In this document: positions 16,932 to 36,045 of the stretch, piece by piece | Layout of the letters: each line of letters starts with the position of its first letter | Position numbering within the stretch: the first letter of the stretch is position 1 | DNA from: the human T2T-CHM13v2.0 reference genome, Homo sapiens | DNA: 64,000 nt | Strand: one strand, 5' to 3' | Assembly: GCF_009914755.1 (NCBI RefSeq) | Contig: NC_060947.1 | The notes under the pieces: model-generated | Database searches by the model: none | What the model saw: the letters and a program-made list of their open reading frames with translations, nothing else | Told to the model about the DNA's origin: nothing | Program-made: the position numbers and the translations under genes

Positions 16932-19069
16932 AGCGCCCGCACAACTTTCCGGCCCGCGCCGCCGTGAGCGCGCCCTGCCGCCGCCTCCCCCTGCCTCTAC
17001 TCCCCATTCCCTTCCCGCCCCCTCCGCCTTCCCTCCTGCTAGGCGGCCGGGAAGGAAGAAGCAATTCAGGTGTTTCAACTTTTCCAACGCGTTCCCCGAG
17101 CTCCCCGCTTTCGGGGGTCGGCCCCCTCGGCGGACGCCCGCCCGTGGCGGCCCCAGGGGCCGCAGCCGGGAACCCAGGGCCCCCGAGGCCAGATGTTTGG
17201 GCAGCTGCGGCTGCGGCGGCTGGGCGAGCAGAGGGGCGGCTGCGGGCTGTGGGCGCTGGGCGGCGGCAGCGGGAAGGGGGCCGGGAGTTCCCCGGCCCGC
17301 GACGGACTCCGCTGGGGAACGGGCGGCCGGTGCCCGCCGGGGGCTGCGCGGCTGGTGCCCGCCGGGGGCCGCCGCACGGGCAAACTTCGCTCCCGGGCTT
17401 GGCCCGGCGCCGCGCGGGCCCGCAGGCTACGCCGCTGGCTCTGCGTTAACATGGCCGTCGCGGAGCGCCCGGTGGCCCGGGGGGGCGCGGGCCGGCCGCC
17501 CCCCTCTCGCCTCCCGCCCGCCCGGCGCCGCCGCCGCCGCTAACATGGCTGGCGCGGCGCTGGCCTCCGGCGAGGGCAGGGGAGGCGGGCGGAGCGGTCG
17601 GCGGGGCGCCCGGCGGGCTCCGGCCTCGGCCCCGGCGCCCGCGGCCCGGGGCGGGCGGCTCGGAGGGCCGGGGGCGCCGCTGCGGGCCCTGGAGCGGCCG
17701 AGCGTCATGGCTGCACGGGCGCCTTTGTTATCCCGAGGAGTGCGCCCCGCGCCGGGGGGCGGGGAGGTCCGGCCCGGGCCCCCGGGCGGCCCGGGCGGGG
17801 CGGGGCGGGGCGGGGTGGGGGCCGACGGGCGGGCGGCGGCGGCGGGGCCCGGGCCGCTTTGTTCGCCGCTGTCGCCGCCGCCCGCGCCGGCCGCGCGCGG
17901 ATCAGCCATTTTAGCGAGTGGGACTCCGAGGCGCGGCGGACGCCGCCACCAGTGCCGCGGCTGCCGCCGGCCCGGCCGCACACCCCCCGCGCACCGCCAC
18001 CGCCGCCGCCCCCGGCCCCGCGCGTCCCCCGGGGATGACAGCGGCGGATTTCAGGGGCACTTTCTTTCATCAGGAGGCTTTTGACAAAATGGAAGGTGAA
18101 TTACGGGTGTCCCGGTGACCCGGCACGGGGGCCGAGGCGGGCTGCCTGCTGCCGGCCGGGACTCCCCCGCTCCCGGTCCCGCCCCGCCCGGGCCGCCGCT
18201 GCGGGTCTCTGTTGGGCAGCCTCCTGGGCGGCTGCTGCCAAGGGGAGCTCTTTAGTTTTACATGATGACCTTGGGTGTGGGAAAAGGAAAAGATGGCGGG
18301 AAGCTGGGGGGTGGGACAGGGACGATGACATGCCGCAGCTGCATTTTTATTTGGAAACTTTGGAGAAAGTGTTCTCGGCTGGACCTGCATTCTGGGTTAC
18401 AGATGAGCACGACTAGCCCTTTTTATACACCCTCCCCCTTTAGATAGTGACGAAGTGATGAATTGAACTAATAGTACGGGGGTACCTGCTCACTTTCCAG
18501 ATCTCCCGTGTTGTAAAGCCGTTTTTTTAGTAAGCCAAAACACATCAACAATAGTGACAATTTCAGATGTCCCCTACGTATAGTTCTCCTGCTTTGGTCT
18601 TGTGTTCAGCAGTGGTAAGAGTTGTTGTTTTTAATTGTGTTAACAGTTAGCAGATGACCAGATAGTCTTAAGTCATAGATTTCAAGCTTCTATCACCCCC
18701 ACCAAATGTGTCCTCTCTCTACCCTTCCCACTTTGTGATTGTAGTTTCCAAAACATAGCAGTTCTGTAAACGTAACACTGAGTACCCTACTTGGGTCGGC
18801 TCCATTTGGAGCACTTGATCGCTTTTGAGAAGTAACTCGCAAACCAGCGCGCTTCGTGCTGGTCAAAAGTTAAATGACAAGCGACAATGAAGCTGATTTC
18901 TTTCCTACTCTGCCTTCTGCCACTGGTGTCCGGCATTGGGGGAAGGGGACTTCCTAACAGCAAGTGTAGTTTTAGTTTTGCTCTGCCTTTGGTACGTCTT
19001 GTACTTCTTGTCAATTCCTCCTTGCTTTTCCTCATTGTATTTCTTTGTTTCTCTTTTATCACAGTCAGG

Positions 19070-19219
19070 ATGGCTAAAGGTGACCCCAAGAAACCAAAGG
19101 GCAAGATGTCCGCTTATGCCTTCTTTGTGCAGACATGCAGAGAAGAACATAAGAAGAAAAACCCAGAGGTCCCTGTCAATTTTGCGGAATTTTCCAAGAA
19201 GTGCTCTGAGAGGTGGAAG
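19070..19219 (+). CDS. HMGB3: HMGB3 coding exon 2 (exon starts 19065); first 50 aa, HMG box A
   Basis: [50 protein letters not shown]; polypyrimidine tract + CAG acceptor; donor AAG|GTATTT. Confidence 0.99.
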
Positions 19220-19520
19220 GTATTTTTCTTTGGTACCCTTCAAACTAGTCTTAGTTGGGTTTCTTACTTTGGGGTTACTTACCTTCAGATTTTCTCCCAG
19301 ATAGCTGCTTGCTTCCTCTTTTACTTTTACTTAGAATCATTTTTGCTTGTCTTAAGAATTTTGTGTGTGTGCTTTTATTTTTTTAAGGCCCTGCACAGGT
19401 TTCAGGCCTTTACCTACCCCCTTTTGCAAGTGGTTCTAGCAACTGCTAGTTTAATCACAAGAAACTGAATAGGTATGTGTTCACTGCATCGAGGGATTTA
19501 ACGAGTCCTGTTCTTTGCAG

Positions 19521-19660
19521 ACGATGTCCGGGAAAGAGAAATCTAAATTTGATGAAATGGCAAAGGCAGATAAAGTGCGCTATGATCGGGAAATGAAGGA
19601 TTATGGACCAGCTAAGGGAGGCAAGAAGAAGAAGGATCCTAATGCTCCCAAAAGGCCACC
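19521..19660 (+). CDS. HMGB3: HMGB3 coding exon 3; end of box A and linker
   Basis: TTTGCAG|ACG ATG TCC = [46 protein letters not shown]; donor CC|GTAAGT, phase 2. Absent from the ORF track. Confidence 0.98.
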
Positions 19661-20129
19661 GTAAGTGACTATAGGATTCAAGATAACAATTAATACCTTT
19701 TCTTCTGCTTGGAGGATTTGGTTTTTTGGTCGTCCTGTATTTCATTTCAAAATGAAATATTTTTTAAAAGATACTTAAAAGATGGCAATACCTCTGCAAA
19801 CCATTCTGTACTTGGGCTTTACGATGCAGTGCCAGCGTTGTCTGTGGTTAAGGCTGAAGTGTTTGTGGGCTGTGCTTGCACATTCACAGTGGTTGTCTGT
19901 TGGCCTTTCCATTGTGAAGGAGGCACTCTAGTTTTGGTTGTCAGGGTCCTTGAAGTATGTTCTTTATGCCTTTCCTAGTAATTGAAAGACTGGGACAGCA
20001 CCATATATATATGCGCGTATATATACGCATATGTATTATATATGCATACACACACACAGAGCACCATATATATATGCGCGTATATATACGCATATATTTT
20101 ATATATGCATACACACACACACGCATACA

Positions 20130-20453
<324 letters not shown>

Positions 20454-20597
20454 TAGCATTGTATATGGTATCATAGATTACTTCACTTTAGGGAGAAGTC
20501 ATAGTGGTAGGAGGGAGATGCTTCTCAGGAATGTGGGATTTCAACTTTAACTCAAATTTTTTGTGGTTTCTCATGTAATGTATGTAATTCTTCCAAG

Positions 20598-20772
20598 GTC
20601 TGGATTCTTCCTGTTCTGTTCAGAATTCCGCCCCAAGATCAAATCCACAAACCCCGGCATCTCTATTGGAGACGTGGCAAAAAAGCTGGGTGAGATGTGG
20701 AATAATTTAAATGACAGTGAAAAGCAGCCTTACATCACTAAGGCGGCAAAGCTGAAGGAGAAGTATGAGAAG
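20598..20772 (+). CDS. HMGB3: HMGB3 coding exon 4; HMG box B
   Basis: CCAAG|G TCT GGA TTC = [58 protein letters not shown]; donor AAG|GTAAGG. Confidence 0.99.
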
Positions 20773-21246
20773 GTAAGGTGGGGCTGGAAGCCTGGACTGG
20801 TGAACAGGCAGTGGTTCTGCTATCAGTAGGTTGCAGGGCATGTGGCAGCTTTGCTGGGCTGAGTACTTAGCATAGCGCTCAAGGGCCCATCCCCCTGCAA
20901 GGTAGCTACGGGTGCTGGTGTTCATGCTTTTTTTTGACAGGTCTTTGTTTTGGGGACAACTTCAGGCTTGAAAAATTTTCCTTACTCTTTAAGGAAAAAA
21001 AAATGTTAACAGAGGATTTGATAGTCCTACTAATGTGACTTGAAGGACACTTGAACACCCACTAACTTTTAAATTCGAATGGCTAAGAACCAAATTCATA
21101 TATGGAAACACTTCAGATATATATGATAGCAGCACTGTCTTACTTGATTTCAATTCCTGTCCTCTTACCTGAGATGAGGACTGCATGTTTCTACTTTGTG
21201 TTAAAACAGCCGCATACTCATTTGAAATGTGTCCCTGTTCCTCTAG

Positions 21247-21384
21247 GATGTTGCTGACTATAAGTCGAAAGGAAAGTTTGATGGTGCAAAGGGTCCTGCT
21301 AAAGTTGCCCGGAAAAAGGTGGAAGAGGAAGATGAAGAAGAGGAGGAGGAAGAAGAGGAGGAGGAGGAGGAGGAGGATGAATAA
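21247..21384 (+). CDS. HMGB3: HMGB3 coding part of exon 5; acidic C-terminal tail
   Basis: CTCTAG|GAT GTT GCT = [25 protein letters not shown] + E/D run encoded by GAR repeats; TAA at 21382-21384. Confidence 0.98.
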
Positions 21385-22213
21385 AGAAACTGTTTATCTG
21401 TCTCCTTGTGAATACTTAGAGTAGGGGAGCGCCGTAATTGACACATCTCTTATTTGAGAAGTGTCTGTTGCCCTCATTAGGTTTAATTACAAAATTTGAT
21501 CACGATCATATTGTAGTCTCTCAAAGTGCTCTAGAAATTGTCAGTGGTTTACATGAAGTGGCCATGGGTGTCTGGAGCACCCTGAAACTGTATCAAAGTT
21601 GTACATATTTCCAAACATTTTTAAAATGAAAAGGCACTCTCGTGTTCTCCTCACTCTGTGCACTTTGCTGTTGGTGTGACAAGGCATTTAAAGATGTTTC
21701 TGGCATTTTCTTTTTATTTGTAAGGTGGTGGTAACTATGGTTATTGGCTAGAAATCCTGAGTTTTCAACTGTATATATCTATAGTTTGTAAAAAGAACAA
21801 AACAACCGAGACAAACCCTTGATGCTCCTTGCTCGGCGTTGAGGCTGTGGGGAAGATGCCTTTTGGGAGAGGCTGTAGCTCAGGGCGTGCACTGTGAGGC
21901 TGGACCTGTTGACTCTGCAGGGGGCATCCATTTAGCTTCAGGTTGTCTTGTTTCTGTATATAGTGACATAGCATTCTGCTGCCATCTTAGCTGTGGACAA
22001 AGGGGGGTCAGCTGGCATGAGAATATTTTTTTTTTTAAGTGCGGTAGTTTTTAAACTGTTTGTTTTTAAACAAACTATAGAACTCTTCATTGTCAGCAAA
22101 GCAAAGAGTCACTGCATCAATGAAAGTTCAAGAACCTCCTGTACTTAAACACGATTCGCAACGTTCTGTTATTTTTTTTGTATGTTTAGAATGCTGAAAT
22201 GTTTTTGAAGTTA

Positions 22214-22219
22214 AATAAA
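22214..22219 (+). terminator. Proximal polyadenylation signal
   Basis: AATAAA preceded by a U-rich tract and TGTA (about 22160-22185). Confidence 0.75.
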
Positions 22220-24209
22220 CAGTATTACATTTTTAAAACTCTTCTCTATTATAACAGTCAATTTCTGACTCACAGCAGTGAACAAACCCCCACTCCATTG
22301 TATTTGGAGACTGGCCTCCCTATAAATGTGGTAGCTTCTTTTATTACTCAGTGGCCAGCTCACTTAGGGCTGAGATGAAGGAGAGGGCTACTTGAAGCTA
22401 CTGTGTGATTTTGTTTGTGTCTGAGTGGCATTCAGATGAAGTCTGGAGGAGTTAGGAGAACGACATAGGCAAGGTTCAGCAGCCTTCCAAGGTATAGGAA
22501 GGTGGGTGATTAGGACTGAGGCTATCTAGGTTTAACTTTTGTCCCACCTCCACCCCCTATTTTGTGGGGCCAAATGCATTGCTAAACAGCAATTTCAGAG
22601 TGTATGGTGTGTCAAAAATTAAGGCCTTATTGTTTTTCTCTTTCACCCCTACCCCCCGTGCTCCTGGCACATATCACATTATTTGTGGTGCCCAACATTT
22701 GGGGTCTTGAGCCTGCTGCTGGTCTCCTGGATGCCAGTGAGGGTATGTGGGATGGGGTGGTGGGGTAGGGGACGGTATCCTTTTTTTGCTCCTACTTGGA
22801 AACACCAAACACCCCAAGGAAGATGATAGGCTCCATCTTGGGCCACCTGAGCTATAGGGCAGGCTAATGGAATCAACCATTTCTGAGCACTAAATGTATC
22901 ATGAAAAGTTGAATGGCCTGCTCATAAGTTTAGCTCATTCACTGGAAATGTAGATTGATGTTCAATGTTAAACTGGAAGGAGCTTGGTTTGTGTGTCAGT
23001 GGTTATATTAGTGGGTAGTGTAACATTTTATCCAGGTTGGGGTGAGGGGAGATGGCCACAGTAGCAAGTGGTGACACTAAATACCATTTTGAAGGCTGAT
23101 GTGTATATACATCATTACTGTCCGTAGCAATGAAGGATACAGTACTGTGTTGTGGGTGAGTGTTGCTATTGCCCAGCATTAATATTTGGGTGTGTATGTT
23201 TGAGGCTATGAAACACGCAGGAGTGTTTTTGTGCTATTAATTTTAAGAGAAAGCAGCTTTTTCTTAAAATTCACTGTTGAGAAACTTGCATGTCTGGAGG
23301 CGGTGTCCTCTCCGCCCTGTCGGGTCCTGGATGAGTACGAGTTATGGTCACGGTCACAGCCTGATCTCTTATGTGTTCATAGCCATTCGCTCTCCCATCA
23401 GAACTGTTTGTCCTGAATGTGTTCCTCTAGTTCTAGAAAATGACCACTAATTTAAAAAACTCGGTTGTGAGGTTTGCCCAGAGGCACTTGTTCCAGAATT
23501 TCCCCTCCTGCTTCAGCCATGTCCTTGTCACTTGGCATTCTAAGCTAAAGCTTTAGCTTCCCAATTCGTGATGTGCTAGGCCAAGATTCGGGAGCTGTTG
23601 CCAGCCTCGTCAAATATGGAAGAGAAACAACCTGCGGTCAAAAGGGAGTGATTTGTTAAGTGGTGCGCGTCTATCTCATAACTAGATGTACCAACCAGGG
23701 AAGGGCCAAGGATGGAAAGGGGTAACTTTTGTGCTTCCAAAGTAGCTAAGCAGAAGTGGGGGAGCAGTTTAGCCAGATGATCTTTGATTAGGCAAACATT
23801 GAGTTTTAAAGAGGCTGTCAAGTTGAGGCCACTTGGTCCATTAGCTGGGGCAGCAAGATCACTACTCAACGTTTTCACACTGTGGCAAGATTGCTCTTCT
23901 AGTGGAATAATGCCCTAGTTTCTCTGAGATGATGTAAGTGGCATGATGTTACCTAAGGCTTAGGCTTAGCTTGATTTCTGGGCCCACTGTCTGTGTTCTT
24001 AAGATGCCAACCTGTTGCTTTTTTTTTTTTTTTCCCCCATTTAAAAGGATAGTACCTACTCCCTCTAACCACCTCACCCCATTCTTGAATGACATTTTAT
24101 CCTTCGGAAAGAACAAGGCTGTGATGTAGTGACTATTGTCTGTGTCTCCTGTGTGTGTCTGTTCTTGTCACAAATGTATTTGGGGACGTTGGATGCATTC
24201 ATTTTCTGT

Positions 24210-24215
24210 AATAAA
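24210..24215 (+). terminator. Distal polyadenylation signal
   Basis: AATAAA with upstream TGTA elements and downstream GT-rich sequence. Confidence 0.85.
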
Positions 24216-24819
24216 GTTTCTTAATCACTCTTCCCAAAAAGTAATCAGTGGGCTGTCTGCGATCTGTCTGAGATACTGAACCTCTGTACTTTTGGTTGAT
24301 TATCATCAAGGTTTTAGAAGTGCAAACTTTGTGGTAACCATAGATCTGAACTACTAACATTTAGTGGAATGATACCATCAAAATGACTTAAGTGTTAAGG
24401 ACTCCAAAGCCCCAAGATCAACCTCCTGGCCCGAGGCATAAGGGGGAGTTGGCTCTGAAGCCCTGGACCAGGATAAATAGGCAATTTGCAGGATGCTAAC
24501 GAGCTACTATTTGATAAAGTGGTTGGGTACTTGTAATCAGCCAGCCCTGCCCACAGGGCTCCTCGAGGCCAAGGGTCTGGGCTTAGTTGGCTGACTCAGC
24601 CATGCCCAACAAGGAGTTCTGGAGGAGAGCCACAGGGACCGCTTGCTGTTCTTGGCTCCCAGCTCAGTTTTCTGTGGAGCCCAAGGCTACCTGGTAAGGA
24701 AAGGCCATTGAGCCAGCTTGGCGGCCCCAAGCTTCCCTTACTGCTTCAACCAGAGCAGCCTCCCACCCTGTTTTATATGTTGGGCATCCTACGATTTCAG
24801 CTTTCAAAAGAAGCTGGGA

Positions 24820-29835
<5,016 letters not shown>

Positions 29836-29996
29836 TGTTGGCTTGTAAAAAAAAATGATGGAGATGGAGACGTGACTCTAGCGTGAAGGGGGTGGGGAGA
29901 GTAGATCTAGAGTGGAGACACCACTTTTAGGAGGTATGATCATGAAAGGGAGGGAAGAGAGAGAGAGAGAGGGAGGGGAAGCACGGTACGGAGTGA

Positions 29997-30212
<216 letters not shown>

Positions 30213-30633
30213 TAGAGATGGGGTCTTACTATGTTTCCTAGGCTGGTCTTGAACTCCTGGGCTCAAATGGTCCTCCTGTCTTGGCCTCCCAAAGTGCTGG
30301 GGTTACTGGCCTGTTTTTGTTTCAAGATAGCCGAGACTTTAGAAGTTGTGATCAGTGAGGACATTACCTGTACGTTACCAGACCAGGCCTCTTCCTTGAG
30401 CTCCAGGCCCAGAGATCCAATTGCCTCTTTGAGATACCACCTGGATGGCCCATTGGCACCTCTAACTCCACATGTTTAAACCTAAGCTCATCATCTTCAT
30501 CTTTTCCCAAATGTTTTCTTCACCCAGCCTGGCTCTTCCTTTTCTCACCCTTCATAGTCAGTTCCCAAATCCTGCCAATTGTGTTTCCTAAAATATCATG
30601 CATCTACCCCTCTCATTCATGCTGTCAGTGTAG

Positions 30634-30903
<270 letters not shown>

Positions 30904-31611
30904 TAGGCTGGTCTGAAACTACTGAGCTCGGGTGATCCGCCCGCCTCAGCCTCCCAAAGTGCTGGAATTACAGGCGTGAGCCATTGCACCCCGCCAGGCT
31001 CCCATGCTTTCTTATTTATTTATTATTTTTTTTCATTAGTTCTTCTTCTTCTTCTTCTTTTTTCCCCCTGTCTTATGCTTTCTTAGGGATAGACTAGAAC
31101 TTGCATTTTCAGGCTTTTACCCTCCGTGGGAATTTCTGGCTTAAATGCATGCCCTGGTGACATCTGTTATGGTGCCATCTTACCAGGATGTCACAACTGG
31201 AGATGTACTGTAGCTCAGGTCCTTACTGTCTTTTGTCTGGATGAATATAAGAGCTTCCCAAATGATTTCCCTGTTTTCCCCTTTCCCTAGTCTATTCCCA
31301 GAACTAGTATAGCTACTGACAGTTGGTGCTCAAGAAATATTTATTGAATAAGTGATTAAATGAGTGAATAAATAGGGACAGATCAGGGGAAAGTTCAGCA
31401 GTTGTAGACCATGCAGGGCATTATAGGCCATCTTAAGAATTTTGAACTTTCCTATGATCAATGGAAAGCATTTATTTAAGAATTTTCATATGGGGGGATG
31501 TGAGGAGTGGTGGATAGTGATGTGATCAGTTATGTATTGTAGTTAAATTCCTCTGGTAGCTGTGAGGGGAACTGATTAGAAGACATGGGGAGGGGCAAAA
31601 GTGGAAGCAGG

Positions 31612-31970
31612 CTCTCAGGATAAGCCTACTGCTACAAAGAACAATCCTCATTCTAAGTGACTTAAAGCAATAAAAGATTTACTTCTCAGTGACGTTACAG
31701 TCCAATAGGAAATTTGGCAGGCAGCCTTTTACATTGTGATTTAGGGATCCCAGATTCTTCCATTTTGTTGTGCCACCATCTTCAACCCATGTCCTTCATG
31801 CCACTGTAGAATGGGTTTTAGGGCTAGCCCCAGAAATGTCATTATATCACTCTTGCCCACATCCCATGGTCCCCAGCTGAATTGCAAGAGCAGTTTGGAG
31901 ATGTGGTCATTCTGTGTGCTTAGGGAGAGAATGAAATGGATTTGTGAACACATAGCATTGTTTCTGCCAT
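31612..31970 (-). mobile_element. Ancient MLT1J/K-like LTR relic
   Basis: Degenerate AGTGACTTAAAGCAATAAAAGATTTACTTCTC and CACTCTTGCCCACATCCCATGG motifs. Confidence 0.5.
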
Positions 31971-32087
31971 TCAGGGAGATGGGATTGAGGTGTTTGTGGG
32001 AGTCTAGATGAGAGATGCTGGGGGCTCGTATAAGAATGGCAACGTTGAGGATATAGAAAAGTAGACGGATTCAAGAGATACTAGGCT

Positions 32088-33588
<1,501 letters not shown>

Positions 33589-33591
33589 CTA

Positions 33592-33858
<267 letters not shown>

Positions 33859-35940
33859 TCACACCTGTAATCCCAGCACTTCGGAAGGCCGAAGGGGGAG
33901 GATTGCTTGAGCACAGGAGTTTGAGACCAGCCTGTAGCAAGACCCCATCTCTACAAAAAATACAAAAAACAAAACAAACAAAAATAGTTGGGCATGGTGG
34001 CATGCGCCTGTGGCCCCAACTACTTTGGAGGCTGGGGTGAGAGGATGACTTGAGCCCAGGAGATCAAGACTGCAGTGAGCTGTGATCCCACCACTGTGCT
34101 CGAGCCTGGGTGGCAGAGTGAGACCCTGTCTCAAACAAAACAAAACAAAACAAACGGAAAAAGAAAAAAGAGCCAAGAGGAGAAGCATTGAGGGGGGATC
34201 ATCTCCAGGCTGTGCAGTGTTCAGAAAGAGTAGCAGGTCCAAGTTCACACTTCTCCGGAGGGAAAGGTTTGTAACTTGGAATCACAGACCATTTGTGCTG
34301 TCAGTCTAAGCAGATCTCCCTTTCCCTCTTAAGACTTGATTTGAATGTGCATTTTCAGGCTATTTCCCACAAGTTTCCCTCTAGGGAAATCTCCTGCTTC
34401 TACATCCTGGTGCGATCCGTCTGCTATGGTACAGTCTTATGAGGGTGTCAGAGCTAGAAATTTCCCTGGAGGGAAATTAAATCCTTTGGGCTAGAAGGGG
34501 GATTTCCCCTTCCACACTCACACTTTTGTTTCTAAACTGGGAGCATTTGTGGAAAACCTCAAAAAACCTTTCTGTTTTTGGTCTCAGGCCCCAGTTGGTT
34601 TTGTCAATCCACGTAGGAAATATGAGATGCACATTTTTCTAGGCTGTGTATTTTGTTCCAGGCCTGTGGTGGGTTTTTGTTTGAAAAGTCTTTTGGAAGC
34701 ATGTCAGCGGCGATACTGTGGCAATGTTGAACACAAAATTTGACAGTTCCCATTGCAAGATGTGTAGAACATATGATGCTTTTGTCCTCTGTCCAAACCC
34801 TCACTAGTTTACATGAAAAAGGGCTGATATTTCAGTGATGAAACATTAGCAGAAGGCTGAAATATGTCACTTAAAAATACTGGGCTAGCCATGATTTTTT
34901 TTTTCTTTTTTTTTTTTTGAGACGGAGTCTCGCTCTGTTGCCCAGGTTGGAGTGCAGTGGTGGGATTTCGGCTCACTGCAAGCTCTGCCTCCCGGGTTAA
35001 TGCCATTCTCCTGCCTCAGCCTCCCGAGTAGATGGGACTACAGGTGCCCGCCACCACACCCAGCTAATTTTTTGTTTTTTTTATTAGAGATGGGGTTTCA
35101 CTGTGTTAGCCAGGATGGTTTCGATCTCCTGAACTTGTGATCTGCCTGCCTTAGCCTCCCAAAGTGCTGGGATTACAGGCGTGAGCCACTGCGCCCCGCC
35201 AGCCATTATTTTTTTTTTAATCCTCTTTTGCTGTAGCTGCTTTTAACTTCTATATCAAGAACTCTCTTCTGCATATATTTAATTTATTAAATAAAAGAAG
35301 CTGATTGAGGAGCATAATCCCCAAAGTTTCTACCTCAATTTAGACATTGAAGATCATCCTAAGACTAAGAGGCCTCATGGGATTGTAGAATAAACATCAA
35401 GTAGTGCAGTGCCTATAAAGCAGGAAGAGCAAGAATATGGATTCCCCTTCCTCATGCTGCTCGTACCCCAAACTCCCAACTCCAGGAATGAGAAGGTCTG
35501 GGTTTTAGAGAGGTTAAGTGACTTGTCTAAGGTTACACAGATAGCTGGGAGTAGAGCTAGGATTCAAACTGATACCCATTGACTCCAAAGCCTGTGAACT
35601 ATGTCTATAGAGTACATACTATGTGCCAAGCCTCCCACTGGAAGCTGAGGATATGGAAATCGTGGCACTGTGTCATGATCCTGGCCTTCGAGTAATTCAT
35701 AGACTGCTGCAGTGAAACAGACAATTAAAACGCAGTGTGATAATTGTGCTGATAGAAGTCAGCCAAGGCTGGGTGCGGTGGCTCACACCTGTAATCCCAG
35801 CAGTTTGGGAGGCTGAGGTGGGCGGATCATGAGGTCAGGAGTTCAAGGCTAGCCTGGCCAACATGGTGAAACCCCGTCTCTATGAAAAATACAAAAATCA
35901 GCCAGGCATGGTGGCAGGCACCTGTAATCCCAGCTACTCA

Positions 35941-36045
<105 letters not shown>

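Larger units (their letters stand above)
16130..18250. promoter_or_regulatory. CpG island covering the HMGB3 promoter, exon 1 and proximal intron 1
   Basis: Very high GC and CpG density, multiple GGGCGG boxes. Confidence 0.95.
21385..24236 (+). other. HMGB3: HMGB3 3' UTR (long form)
   Basis: Stretch free of recognisable interspersed repeats, from the stop codon to about 20 nt past AATAAA at 24210-24215. Confidence 0.85.

Noticed and set aside
16192-18416. Many overlapping 100-295 aa Arg/Pro/Gly/Ala ORFs
   Set aside because: Expected from stop-codon scarcity in a CpG island; no recognisable protein.
18992-19064. Possible 73-nt mini-intron from donor-like G|GTACGT
   Set aside because: Minimal size; the upstream ATG it would put in frame (18874) meets a TAA first, and there is no other support.
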